A stretch of 64,000 bases of DNA from a virus (lineage: Duplodnaviria; Heunggongvirae; Uroviricota; Caudoviricetes). Location: the IMG/VR virus record IMGVR_UViG_3300012943_000028, positions 176,642 to 240,641 of that record. The stretch is one strand, 5' to 3'. The notes below the pieces were generated by a model, which was not told where the DNA came from, made no database searches, and saw only the letters and a list, made by a program, of their open reading frames with translations. The translations under genes were made by a program, and so were the position numbers. Positions within the stretch are counted from its first letter, which is position 1, and each line of letters starts with the position of its first letter. Positions 48,301 to 60,287 of the stretch are shown piece by piece.

Positions 48301-51300
48301 TTGGAGATGAAGCAGCTCGAGACCGGCTGGCCGCCATCCATCTCCACCTCGACCTCCACCTGGAAGCCGTCGATGCGCTTGCTTGCACTGCTCATTTCGA
48401 GACCTCTTTTGCTGCCTTGTTGATGCCACGGTATTCCACGAACTTGAGGTAGCCTGGAGTCAGCTCGTTGGCGTACCACGTTCCAGTCTTCACAGCGACG
48501 ATCCCACCGTCACGGGCAACGTAGACCTCGTCACCGACCTTGAGGTGGAACTGCCGTGCAAACTTCTTGAACGGGCGGACCAGGCGGAAGATGGGCACGA
48601 TCACCGGCGTGCAGTTGACGACGGTGTTGAAGTCGGACTTACGCACGGCGGCGATCTCCTGCTTTGCGCTGCGGCGGGAATTCGGTGGTTGACAAGCTCA
48701 GGCACCTGCCCACGATCACGCACAGCGGGAAGCTGATGGCGAGGTAGGCTGCCGCAGCGAGCAGGTACTTGGTGGGGGTGATGTAGAGCAGGAAGGCGAG
48801 CACGATCAGGATCGCCGCACGTTCCAGGTTCCAGAGCAGGTTCTTCATGGCGTTCTCCAGTAGTTGCTGTCACGCCGATCGTTGTCGGCAACGGCGCACG
48901 AGACGTGCGCAAGCTCGATGTACTTGAGGCTGCCGTCCAGCTCGTACACGTGGTGATCCGCCACCTGGCCGTAGTCGACGTCGATGGTGGCGTCGGCCTT
49001 CACGACCTCAGGGAGAGGAAAGGTGCAGAGTGAGCAGTTGCAGACGTTCATAGTACCTCCGGAGGACCATCATATCACAGGTCCACGGAAAGTACAATTC
49101 AGCCCATTATGTAAAATGGGCTACCCGAACGGGATTTCAGTGTCTGGGTCTGGGCGTAGGTCTGGAACGTCATTGATGATGAGCAGCCGACCAGGATAGC
49201 GAATTGCAACCTTGCTGTCGTCAAGGTAGATGCGCCCATCTTCTATTCTAGTAACTGTGGCGAACTCAAGGTTTGTAGCTCGACCCGAGGCGACAGCACG
49301 GACGATTCGATCTCCTACAAAGAATGGCCGACCGTATGCATCTCGTAGCTCGGTCGCCATCCATGTTCCATAGCTGCGGCTCATACGTGGTGGAGCTTAG
49401 GAAGCGTCCACGGTCTCCTGCTCTTCTGGAGGAGCGGAGAGCTTGTTGAGGCGGAAGGCCTCTTGAAGGGCGGCGTGCCCGTTGATGTCGCTCGCCCGTA
49501 CGAACTCCATTCGGTAGCCGTTCGGGTAGTGTTCGAGGAAGGTCTTGTGGCGGTCGGCTCGAGTGCCGGCATGGACACCGAGATCGCCGAGGACGTATCC
49601 TTCATGCGAGCACCAGTGCGAGCCGAGGACGGTTCCGTCGGCGGCCATCGCATAGGCGATGCCATCTCCACCACCCCGCATTCCAGAGAACGCATAGATG
49701 GCCGGAAGGTCCATGACGTCGACCTCGTTGTTCGGAGCGTAGTAGGCCCAGCGGTTGCCCTCGTAGAGGGACCTTAGCTCTTCAGCGGTCAGCGGCTCGT
49801 ACATCGTGATCTCCTACTTGAAAGGTTCGAGGTGTTCTTCAACGATCTCGCGCATGTACCTGCGGAGGGTGGCGCGTGTCTTGTCAGACAGCTTGATCTT
49901 CAGGTGCGTCAGCTTGGCGTCGAAGTCCTTGTCGATGCCATCAACGATGACCTCGATCTCATCGTTCGTCAGGCTGACGATGCGGATGATGTCAGCCACC
50001 CTTGTACACCTTCATGACGGTACGGGAGAAGTCGTTTGCGTGAAGGGCCTTCTTTGCGTCCTTCTTTTTGAGCTCTACGTCGATGGCGAGCTCGGCTGCC
50101 TCGGCTGACTTGTACTCGAAGGTCATGTATGAACGGCCACTGCAGCCTGACTCCCAGTAGCTGAGCGTGTCCCAGTACGGCACCAGGAACCAGCGCTTCA
50201 CCTCACCCTTGAAGTAGTGGTCATTGCCACTCCTCACCTCGACAACCCTGCCCCTTGGGCCAAGCATGCGCAGCTGGGCGACTGCGAAGAGCAGGAGGAC
50301 GATGGTGAACGGGTTGAAGATTGCCAGCATCAGTCTCTCCAGGAGTTCTCGTAGGCCTCACGTTCCTTACGAGTCATCTGCCGCTTCTTGCAACCCTGCA
50401 CGAGGCCGCGCGCCGTCCAGGCTGGACCACGCATGAGGAAGCAGACGAGGTGAACAACGAGCATGAACGGCCACATGGCGATGAACATGCCACGGTCAAC
50501 GGTCTCCCATGGACCGCTCGCACCTGGCATTGCGCACATGCCGTTGCACTCGAAGAGAGCCGCAAGGGCGATGCCAACAACGAAGTAGGCCATGATGCAG
50601 AGGATGATGAGAGCAAAGGTTGGCATCAGAAGAACTCCTTCTCGACACGCTTCACAGTGTGGAGCGGGTAGACAACAACGGTGCGGTTGATGATGTCCGC
50701 AGGATTGTGCGTGGCACCACCAGCCTTGGCGATACCCTTATTGACCGTAAAGCCGAAGGCGTCCTGGTCCGTCATGATGCTCGAGTGCGGGTACTGCGCC
50801 TCATGAACATCAGCCGTACCATTGACGAGGTGAACGGTGATGCGGATATTGTGCGTCATGGCGTTGAGGTGATCCTTGAGGACTCGAGAGCATACTCTTC
50901 TGTCGGCGCCTGCGGCTCGACGTAGCCGGTGTCGTTCGAGTCGGTGAACTTGTGCTTGCCGCCGACCACCGCCGAGACTGAGCTTGACAGCTGGCACTTC
51001 GTGAAGTAGCGGTAGCGACCATCGTCCAGGAAGCGGTAGACCGTGCAGCCGTCGATGTCGAACAGCTTTTCGACCTTGAACTCGCCGATCGGCGTAGTCG
51101 GTCCAGTTGGCGCCTTAGCGCACGCCGTAAGGAAGAGGATGGCGCCGATCGCCACTGCGACGGCAAGCTTGAGAGCGATGCTCTTCTTTGAGGGAGGTGT
51201 GCCCTCACCGTGCCTGTGCCCACAGCCGCAACCGTCTTCTTCACGCATGGTAATCTCCTGGATTGAGTGAGGTCATTATAACCTGTCAGGTATCTGACGG

Positions 51301-51492
51301 TGCGGTCGACCTGATGGAGGCGTACGGATCGTGAGTGCGGGCGAGAAGTGCTCGAAGCTGTGTTGCAGCCCAGCCACCTCCTGAGAAGTAGCCCTGCTGG
51401 CTCTTACCGAACTCGCTCTCACCGTACTCGAGGAACTGCTCGATGGCGGTGCGCTCATGTCCTGTCAGAACGTTTGGTTTTTCAGCGCTCAT
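45369..51492 (-). CDS. cluster of ~22 small early-type genes, including lipobox proteins (45369-45677 LSAC; 50856-51248 LTAC, DUF4884-like) and conserved phage ORFs (47206-47613, 47706-47990, 49397-49804)
   Basis: Coupled short ORFs; FKVEKLFDIDGCTVYRF resembles DUF4884. Confidence 0.65.
47644..47712 (-). promoter_or_regulatory. early-type promoter plus 18-bp direct tandem repeat
   Basis: TTGTAC-N18-TACTAT, near-identical to 17847-17876; GGCCCGTTATGTTAACTG x2 at 47677-47712. Confidence 0.72.
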
Positions 51493-51938
51493 AGCGACTT
51501 CTCCATGAAGATGCTGTAGCCGTTGTTGGTGTAGCCGTTGAAGGGACCAGTGAGAACGTAACCGAGCTTCTCATACAGGCGCACTGCCTCTGGCATAAGC
51601 GTGCCGGTCTCGAGGCGGACAAGCCAGACGCCCTTGTCCTTGAGGTACCGCTCAAGCGCCAGCATGATCTGGCGGGCGTGGCCCTTGCCACGGTGCTCTG
51701 GAAGGGTGTAGACGGCCTTGAGCTCACCGTAGCCCTCCATGATCTTGGCGGCACCGATCGTGACCAGCTGGTCGCCGTCCTCGATGCCAAGCAGGCACGA
51801 GTTGTTTGCGACCATGTCGTCAGCGCTGTCGAGGTAGCACACCTCAGGAGGGTAGAGGCTGAGGGCGTGCTGGTTCGAGAGCTCTACGAGAGAGCTCGCT
51901 CGAGGATCACGCGGGTCAAGCTGAACGAGCTTTGTCAC
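51489..51938 (-). CDS. GNAT-family acetyltransferase
   Basis: GELKAVYTLPEHRGKGHA (motif A), LETG..PEAVRLYEKLGY. Confidence 0.9.
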   Translation of the reverse strand: MTKLVQLDPRDPRASSLVELSNQHALSLYPPEVCYLDSADDMVANNSCLLGIEDGDQLVTIGAAKIMEGYGELKAVYTLPEHRGKGHARQIMLALERYLKDKGVWLVRLETGTLMPEAVRLYEKLGYVLTGPFNGYTNNGYSIFMEKSL

Positions 51939-54900
51939 GCTTGATCCAGAATGGGGTCTTGTTGTCGCCGGTCATGGCATTCCACTGGCGGTAGTACGCC
52001 TCGATCTCGTGCTTCAGCACCGACTGGTCTCGGCCAAACTCGTCAACGCTCGACTCGAGGGTGCGCAGCATTGACCAGAATGAGCCAATGATGTCCTTCT
52101 GCAGGGACGGCTTGATCTTCTCCAGCTGTACGACCTTAGGCGTTGCGCTCATCTGCGTCCTCCTTCTTCCAGCCCATGACCTTGTACTTGAAATGATCAC
52201 CCATGCGGGCAGCCACATCGCAGTGCGTCTTGTCGATGCCGTACGTGGTGACGTGCTCACCGTACGGGTCAGGCGGTGCACCAACCCGGCGGGCGATGAT
52301 GACCACCTGGTCGTAGCCGAACTGCTTGGCGATCTTCTCAGCGGCCGATATCGGGATCGGCTTCATGGCACGCTCGCTCATGATTTCGACCCCCAACAGT
52401 GAACGCTGTCGAGCGTGTAGTGCTGACGGCCAGCCCGTCGGTACGACCAGCTCATGCGCTTCTCTGAGTCGCTGACACCGATCGAATCGTAGGTGTCGCA
52501 GTCGAACAGGCCCTGCTTGCCGTTGTACGGCCCACCACCGCTGAAGCGAATCCAGCAGGCGTTGAGGGATGTTGAGTAGGGTTGGCCGACGTTTTCGACG
52601 TTCATACTTCTACGATCTCAAGTTGAATCTCGTTGCCGGCGGAGCGCAGCAGCGCAACGAGGGCGTTGATGCGCTCATCGAGGTCTTCGTAACGACCGCA
52701 CTCGGGGTCATCGTAGGCGATCGTCCTGACCGCCTCTCCATTGAGCTCGACGGTCAGGTCCTCTTGCCCCTTGAGAACTCGTATGACGTTCATGAGCGCA
52801 CCATCCTTACGAAGCCGTTGTAGAGCCAGTTGACGTCCTCGGTGAAGATGATGCCGAAGCAGTAAATGACGAGGGCGAGCAGCATACAGATGGCTGTGCC
52901 TGGAGCGTTCGACGCCAGCCAGAAGATACCGGTGACGCCGAGGACAACGCAGGCGATGTAGAACAGACCAACACCGATTGCGACGATCAAGTTCATTTGA
53001 GCGCCTTGACCTCGTTCTTGATCTCATACTCGGCGATGATGCGACGGCTGCCGTCACGGCCTGGCTCTGAGAGCTTCTTCACGAAGGCCTCTGCCTCGGC
53101 GAGGGTGTTGTGATCGGTCTCGGCTGAGTAGCGCTTGCCGAAGTGCTTGTCGACTGGGCGCCAGAAGAACCACTGCTTGCGCTCGACGGTCCAGAACTTG
53201 CGACCGCCTGAGGTGACGTCCTCAACGATGCGTAGGTTGGTCACGTTCATTCGTCGTCCTCATCGCCGAAGGTCTCATCTTCGACGAACTCGATCGTTTG
53301 ACCGTTCGGGCCAAGGTGCTCGATGAGGCTTGAGACGAGACCTTGGATACCGCTCTCGAACGCCTCGAGGCCAGACCAACCAGCCTGGTCGTACGTGACA
53401 GTGGTGATCTTCTCGTCGTTGACGTAGAGGGAGACCTCTTCCTCGTTCCGACGGACGAGCTTAACCGTGATCATGGCAGGTGCATGGGTCGCAGGTTGGG
53501 CAGACGTCAAAGCCATGGTCGCACTCGATGGCGACGGCGCCAGAGACGGCGCGCAGGTACTTGCAGTCTGGTTTGTGGGCAGCGATGTCGGCACAGACGC
53601 AGGCGAAGTGCCCGCAGGTGCCGCACGCGTTGATGGGTCCTTTGACGAAGTCGAGACCCATCTTGTCGGCCACCTGCTGCATCACAGCGTCGACGGCCGG
53701 GTCGGGAACGTTGCCACGTTCATCAAGCGTTAGGGTCCCTCTCGTCATGGCAGATCAGCCTCGCGAGAAGCGACGGCGGAACTCCTGCTTGCCCCAGCTT
53801 ACGATGGCAATACCGATGGCCAGGACCATGAGAGCGCAACCAACGAAGAGAACAACGTTCACGATAACCTCCTTAGTTTGAAGGTTGCATCATATCACAC
53901 TGACGGCCTACGGTAAACCGATCATCAACCTGCGGGTAGCAGCTTCCGAAGGCGGCTGATCTCACCTTCAAGCTCGCTGGCCTTGGCCTCAGCCGCCAGC
54001 CACTTGAGGCGGTAGTCCACGATCTCCTCGCCTTGGCGCCAGATCGTGTCGGTCAGCTGCTTGATGTGGTCGTGATCTTCCTTCGTCAGGCCGCTCATAC
54101 GATCACCGAGCGGAAATAGGTGCTTTGTGTACCACGGTAGTTGATTACCATCGACCAGTCGTGCGGGATCGTGGCAATGGCCAGGCCGCTGCTCTTCAGC
54201 TTGACGTGTGAGTGCGGGGCGGCGGTAAGGCCCTCGATGAGGAGGGCATCTCCCTGCGGTGCTGCCAGCTGGTACACGTTGCCGTGCGGCGTCGTAACGA
54301 CGATGTTTCCAATCTCGCTGTTCACTTGATCTCCTTCATGAGGCAGACGCCATCAGCGCCTAGCCGGGCAATGTATGCGTTGACGTCCTCGAAAGGCAGG
54401 ACGTAGTAGATGCACGTTGGCTCCCAGCCATCCTCCCACACGGTGTCCCCCTCATTGAGGACCATCACGACGTGGCTGGCTCGGTTCTTCTTGCCGATGC
54501 GCATGATGTCATCGATGAGGTAGCGCTGCTCAGGGTCGAGGAAGCGACCGCTCACGATGTCCACTGCCTTCAGGCCTTCATTCATGTTGAAGCGCTTCAC
54601 GGCGGTGAAGTACTGGCTGAGGTCGATGACCTCGCTCATACCTGCTTCCGCTTCGAGTTGAACTGCGCCACGACCCTCCTGCGGGTCCAAGGCACGATGC
54701 GGTACTCACAGCCCTCAAAGTGCATGCAGCCTTTGATGGCCTCTCGTGCGTCTTCCTCGGTGTTGTAGAAGTCGCCGAAGAAGTAGTCCTCCCAGACCTG
54801 CTCCTTCTTTGGGAGGTTTGAGTTGCGTATCTCGATTGTGAAATGGGTCTTCACGTTGTGACCTGGTCGGCCGTCTCTTGCGCCGGCGGCTCTTGGGTCT

Positions 54901-55206
54901 CGAGGGAGATGCCGTGGTGCTTCAGCAGCTCAACCGCATCAGCCCGGTCAATGTACAGGCAGAGCTTGTGGTTCTGCCAGTTCTTGAAGGCTGACTCAAG
55001 CTGAGCGAGAAGTTTCACAGCGTTGGCCTGGTGAAGCTGTCCTTGAAGGCCTCGCTGCAGGCGCCCATCCTTTCGATGCGCTTCTCAGCGGCGGTGACGG
55101 CGGTGCGGACCTTATCACGCACCTTTGGAGGGGTGAGGCCGAACCAGACGATGCCGGTGACAGGTGGGATGGCGATGACGATCGCAGCGATGGCGGCTGG
55201 GGACAT
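51935..55206 (-). CDS. cluster of ~13 small early-type hypothetical genes
   Basis: Coupled 35-120 aa ORFs; several are hydrophobic or Cys-rich (e.g. 53461-53748). Confidence 0.6.
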
Positions 55207-55249
55207 CTTGGGTCCTTGCGTAGGTGTGGGACGAGGGCAGGTACAGGCG

Positions 55250-55320
55250 ATCGTACACCTGCGCTTCTGCCCGGTAAACTTCAACCTGTGGTGTCCGGTG
55301 AGATTGCAGCGTGATAGGAT
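55250..55320. promoter_or_regulatory. divergent early-type promoter pair
   Basis: Minus: GTTTAC(55274-79)-N18-TACGAT(55250-55). Plus: GTGTCC(55291-96)-N18-TAGGAT(55315-20), with ATG at 55327. Confidence 0.62.
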
Positions 55321-55326
55321 TGGCGC

Positions 55327-58300
55327 ATGCCAAAGCTAATCGAACAGACCGAGACCCTCGACCTCCATCACCTTGATGGCACGTTCTTCGATGCCAAGGT
55401 GAAGCTGGACGAGCTTGCCGCAAAGTACGGCGTGCACGCGCGCTTCGACATCGTGTGCACCGACTACGAGTGCTACGACCTCATCGTGACGTACCAGCGC
55501 CCAGAGCTGCCGCACGAGAAGAAGGCCCGCCTTGCCCGGCAAAGGCGGAAGCGCGCGGCATCAAAGGGTGCAGTCGACAAGAGGACGCAGCGCGAGCTGA
55601 TCACGCTGCGGCAGCTGATCAAGAAGCATGGAATCCCAGCCGAGGAGGCAGCATGAAGGCAATCAAGATCATCGGCTTCGTGGCCATAGTGGCGATCGCC
55701 CTCATCATGATCACGCTGGTGCCGAACGGGCCGAGGGAGCTGACCGCAACCGAGCTGGCCAACAAGATCAAGTACGTCAAGGACGGGCATGGCCTCTGCT
55801 ACGCCACGCTCTCGAGCGCCGTCAACGGCGTGAAGTCAGTCACGTCGATCACCGCCGTTGACTGCGAGAAGGCCGGCCTGTGAGCGCGCGCGAGCCAGAG
55901 AGAAAGGTCGACATCACGTCGGACGCCTGCGCCCGCTACGGCAGCGCCATGCGCAACATCAGCTTCAGCTGGTCCAGCGAGAAGAACTTCCAGGAGACCG
56001 TCGCCCTGATGCTGAAGCAGCTCGGCGAGGAGCGGGATGCGTGCCGTGCCAGGCTGACAGTGGTTGAGTCGATCAACGCCGACTACAAGGCCGGCATCAT
56101 CGGCGCAACCGAGTCAATGTTCGCCATCAACACAGCGCTGGAGGCCAAGTGAAGCCGCTGACGAAGCTGATCATCGAGGTCGAGGAGAACGCCGACGATC
56201 ACTCTAGCTGGAGGTACCCGCTGCGGGTGAGGGCGATCGCCTACACCGGAAAAGAGCTCACCGACATCCGTGAGGTGTGCTGTGAGAACGAAAATCAGAA
56301 GGTCCACAACGCAGTTCGGCGCATCTCGCGCCTGATGCTGCACGCTAAGTAAGGAGAACCACCATGGCCTTCCAGGCCTACGCCGTCAAGATTCTGAAGA
56401 GCACGAACTGGCACCCGCTTGCCAGCACGAGGTACTTCCACCGTGACCGCCTGTTCCGTGGCAAGGACGCCAAGAAGAAGGCGACCGCCTTCGAGCGCCG
56501 GTGGCTGCGCGAGTACAGGGCGTGGCGCAAGGCCAAGGGCTACGACAAGAACGGCAACCTCGACCACTGCTTCATCACGCCCATGGTGGTGGCAGCATGA
56601 GTTCAACGCAAAGCTACCAGAGCGTGCTGCGCGAGCAGATTCAGGAGGCGCTGGCCGCCTCACCAGGCGCCCGTGAGATCATCGTGCGGGCGTGGGAGCA
56701 GGAGCGCCGCCGGCTGGTCAATGAGCTCGTCAAGCGGGCTGGCCTGACCGAGAAGGACGCGCACGAGATGATCCACGGCGTGATCTACGGGAGTGCGGCA
56801 TGAAGGCCGACCCGAAGCTGGACCTCGACGATGCGACCTACGTGGTCACCGCCGTCCGGCGAGGGCGCTACCAGCCGTTCGCCGAGGGCAGCCGAGCCCA
56901 GTGCGATGAGCACGCGCTCATCATCAAGGACAGTGAGACCGTCGACATCAAGGTGCGGCTGAAGAGCGAGGTCCTCGCTGAGGGCCTGCACCTGCCAAGC
57001 CCGGCATGATCGACGGGTGGAAGGCAACGCCGAAGCTGCTGCAGCGGTGGTACAACGACCGAGAGGCGCTCGTCAGCGAGATCGCCACCAAGGCAGGGAT
57101 AACGGAGCTGCAGGCAAAGCTCTTCATCAACGCCATCATCGAGGAGTCACATCATGATAGTGGAGAAGGCCGTGTCGAGCATCATTGACCTCTACCCAAC
57201 GATCAAGAAGGCGACCATCGAGATCGCCTACGACAACAACTGCGTGCACCGTGGTCGCACCGAGGAGACGATGCTGGCCGATGCGGCGCAGGTCCTCACG
57301 ACCCGCTCCATCACCGAGCTTGAGGCCGTTGAGCTGGAGCTCAAGGCCCTTGACGAGGAGGAGCTCATGACCCTCTGCTGCGGCGAGCAGGGCGTGATCG
57401 AGGCGACCTCACAGACCGAGCGGCTGCTCACGGACATCTTCGAGGCGATCTGACCACCATGCCAAAGGCCATCACCGTCGTCAACAAGGAAGCGCTTGAG
57501 CGGCTCGCCATGGACGACAAGCTGCTTGAGCTGGCCGTGAAGGGCCTGACGAGGCGGCTTGATGAGCTGGTCGGCGACTGCCTCAACGCAGACGGGACGA
57601 TCAAGGCACCAACGAAGAAGACCCTGATGAGGGCGAGGGCGGCCCTACCACATGGCTACAAGAACTCGTTTGAACAGGCCTCTTGAGATAGCGGAGAAGG
57701 TCCGCTCCATCTACGACAAGGGGTCGAGGGGCGAGCGCCTCGACTGCCTGTGCGCCGTGGTAACGGCCGAGCTCTCGCTGGCCCTGCGTGACGCCCACAT
57801 CCCGCACAAGATCGCCCTCGCCAACCAGGACGAGGGCTCACACGCCTTCATCGTGGTGGACGACACCATCGTCGACCTTACGGCCAAGCAGTTCAACCGC
57901 CGCTACAAGGCCGTGTACACGAAGCCATTCACCGGCAAGGAGCGCTCGTGGTACCACAAGGAGCCGACCTTCTACAACACCGCTGAGGAGCTCGTGAGAA
58001 CGCAGCTCCTCAACTTCTGGCCAGAGTACCAGGTCCACCGCAAGCTGGGCAAGCAGGTGCGGGCCGACCTCATCGCCGAGGGCCACCTCCCACATGGAGA
58101 CGCACCGTGATCCGCTACCCATCCCGCTTTGAGCAGCTGCGCAGCGAGGCCCGCAGCCGCTACGCCACCCGCATCGGTAACCGGTTAAACCCGGCCAAGG
58201 CGAGGGGCATGTCCCGCTTCCGCTTCAGCCAGTACCGGCGCACCGTTGAGAGGGACCTGCTTGGGCTTGCCGACCCACGCCGTTTCAAGCCGAGGCTAGG

Positions 58301-60008
58301 CTGGCGCCAGCGCCGCCTGATGAACAAGCTGCTGAACGCCCTCTCTGCCTGGGGCGAGGCAAACGATTGGAGAACCGAGGAGGACTGCGATGACGTCGAA
58401 GATTGCTATGACCCTAACGAAGGCGCGTGAGCTGGTCCGCCAGTACGAGGACGCCATGGAGGAGTTCGTCAAGGAACACCGCTACATGAACGAAACGCCG
58501 AAGCTGGCCGAGCAGCGCTGGATGCGCGCCTGCCCAGACGGTGTGTTCATGGACTACAACCTCGCCAAGGAGAAGATCGCCCGCAGCCGGACGAAGGGCG
58601 ATGGCGACATCGTCAGGTCGCTGCTGAAGAAGCACGCGCCGAAGAAGGCAGCGTGAGCACCATCGAGATCGAGCGCCGCTTCCTGGTTGACCTGTCAGTG
58701 TGGGCGCCGGCAGACCACCCCTTCCGGTTCATCGAGCAGGGCTACATCTCAATCGACCCTGCCGTTCGAGTGCGCAACGACGGCGCCCAGGGCTTCCTCA
58801 CCATCAAGGGCAAGAAGTCCGCCAAGGGCGCCGGCCTGGAGCTCGAGTACCCCATCCCGCTCGAGCACACCACCCTGCTCTGGCCCCTCCTCAAGGGCCA
58901 CCGCATCGAGAAGCTGCGCTACACCGTCCCGCACTACGCCTACACCTGGGAGGTCGACGAGTTCCTCGGTCTGAACGAGGGCCTCTACATCGCCGAGGTC
59001 GAGCTGGGCGTCGAGGATGAAGACTTCGAGCGACCTGACTGGCTTGGCGACGAGATCACGGCCGACCCTCGCTACTCCAACCTCGAGCTCGCCCTCCACC
59101 CCTACACGAAATGGAGCTATAGATGAACATAAAAGTCTGGATACCACCGCTGGTTGCCGTGGCGATCGTGCTTGTCGCCGTCAACTGGGACAAGTTCGGT
59201 AAGTCGAACTACGAGTGGTGCAACGATCACACGCGCACGAAGTACCCGCACATGGACGAGCGGTTGAAAATTGCCAGCATCAACAACTGCACTGCTTCGT
59301 TGAATGAAGACAGGGCAAACAAGTCCAAGTGGTAGCATGACCCGACAGTCGACCTACATCCCACACAACCCACCCTTGAAGCTTCAAGAGCGGGTTCGCG
59401 TCGTAGCGCTTCACTCCCCGCACCGGGGCCGGGTCGGCATCATCACCGACATCGTTGACTGCCATACCAGCCCAATGCTGCGCACCGATCGCTGGGCATC
59501 TGACTGGTACGCCGTCGCCCTGTTCGATACGCAGGACCACTTCCTTGAGGACGAACTTGCCCGCACCACCCCTACCACCGCCACGCAGGAGCTTGCCATC
59601 ATCAACCTGCTGGAGGAGTTCACCACCATCCACGACTCCCTCAACCGGCTGAAGCTACGCGGTACCGCTCCTGCCCCTGAGATACAGGCCGGCGAGGCCA
59701 TACTTGGTGAATGCTTTGACCGCCTGCAGGTAGCCTGCGGTGGAACCCTTATCAAGGAGAACATGCTGCCATGGTACCGGCGCTATGCCGACAGCCCAGC
59801 CCGTGGTTCAACTGTGGAGACCTTGCCGTAACCTATGGGAACCCTAAAGATACTTGAAACCGACGACTTCGACACCCTCATCCGTGAGGTTCAGCCGTAC
59901 AAGGACTGGATTCTGGTAGGTAAGGCACCGTCGAGAGACGATCCACCACCGTACAGGCTGCTCATGAGAGACCCAGCCAGCCAAGAAGAACTGTACCCTA
60001 CGGAATGA
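55327..60008 (+). CDS. plus-strand block of ~17 small genes (contains the two calls below)
   Basis: Continuous overlapping ORFs from 55327 to the manually read 59835-60008 ORF (MGTLKILE...). Confidence 0.68.
57652..58110 (+). CDS. putative transglutaminase/papain-like Cys-His-Asp enzyme
   Basis: LCAVVT helix, SHAFIV strand and VDLTAKQF in canonical order; start uncertain. Confidence 0.5.
   Translation: MATRTRLNRPLEIAEKVRSIYDKGSRGERLDCLCAVVTAELSLALRDAHIPHKIALANQDEGSHAFIVVDDTIVDLTAKQFNRRYKAVYTKPFTGKERSWYHKEPTFYNTAEELVRTQLLNFWPEYQVHRKLGKQVRADLIAEGHLPHGDAP
58653..59126 (+). CDS. CYTH-domain protein (triphosphate tunnel metalloenzyme)
   Basis: EIERRF, RVR, LTIKG, LELEY, KLRY, WEVDEF, IAEVEL. 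Confidence 0.9.
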   Translation: MSTIEIERRFLVDLSVWAPADHPFRFIEQGYISIDPAVRVRNDGAQGFLTIKGKKSAKGAGLELEYPIPLEHTTLLWPLLKGHRIEKLRYTVPHYAYTWEVDEFLGLNEGLYIAEVELGVEDEDFERPDWLGDEITADPRYSNLELALHPYTKWSYR

Positions 60009-60009
60009 C

Positions 60010-60287
60010 CCCATGGCGGGTGCAGCCCGGGGTAGGCCCCCAGAGGCCCTATAGGCACTTTTCACTTTCCCTGCAGCACCCGGGTGCATACCGGCTAGCG
60101 CCGGGTGCACAGTATGCTATGGCGGAGCTGCCCGGTGTGCTCCTGTACAGGTTTCCTATAGGGAAAGTGAGCTTTCTCGAGGCACAGCGCTGCCCCCACA
60201 CCCCAAAAAGGGCTGCAGCCTTTCGACTACAGCCCTTACGAGCGCTCGCACCACCTCCCTCTCTCGAGGGAAGACTTCAAATTTGGT
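60010..60287. other. palindrome-rich convergent intergenic segment
   Basis: Six perfect 8-12 bp palindromes plus an 11-bp inverted repeat in ~200 bp (see findings). Confidence 0.6.
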
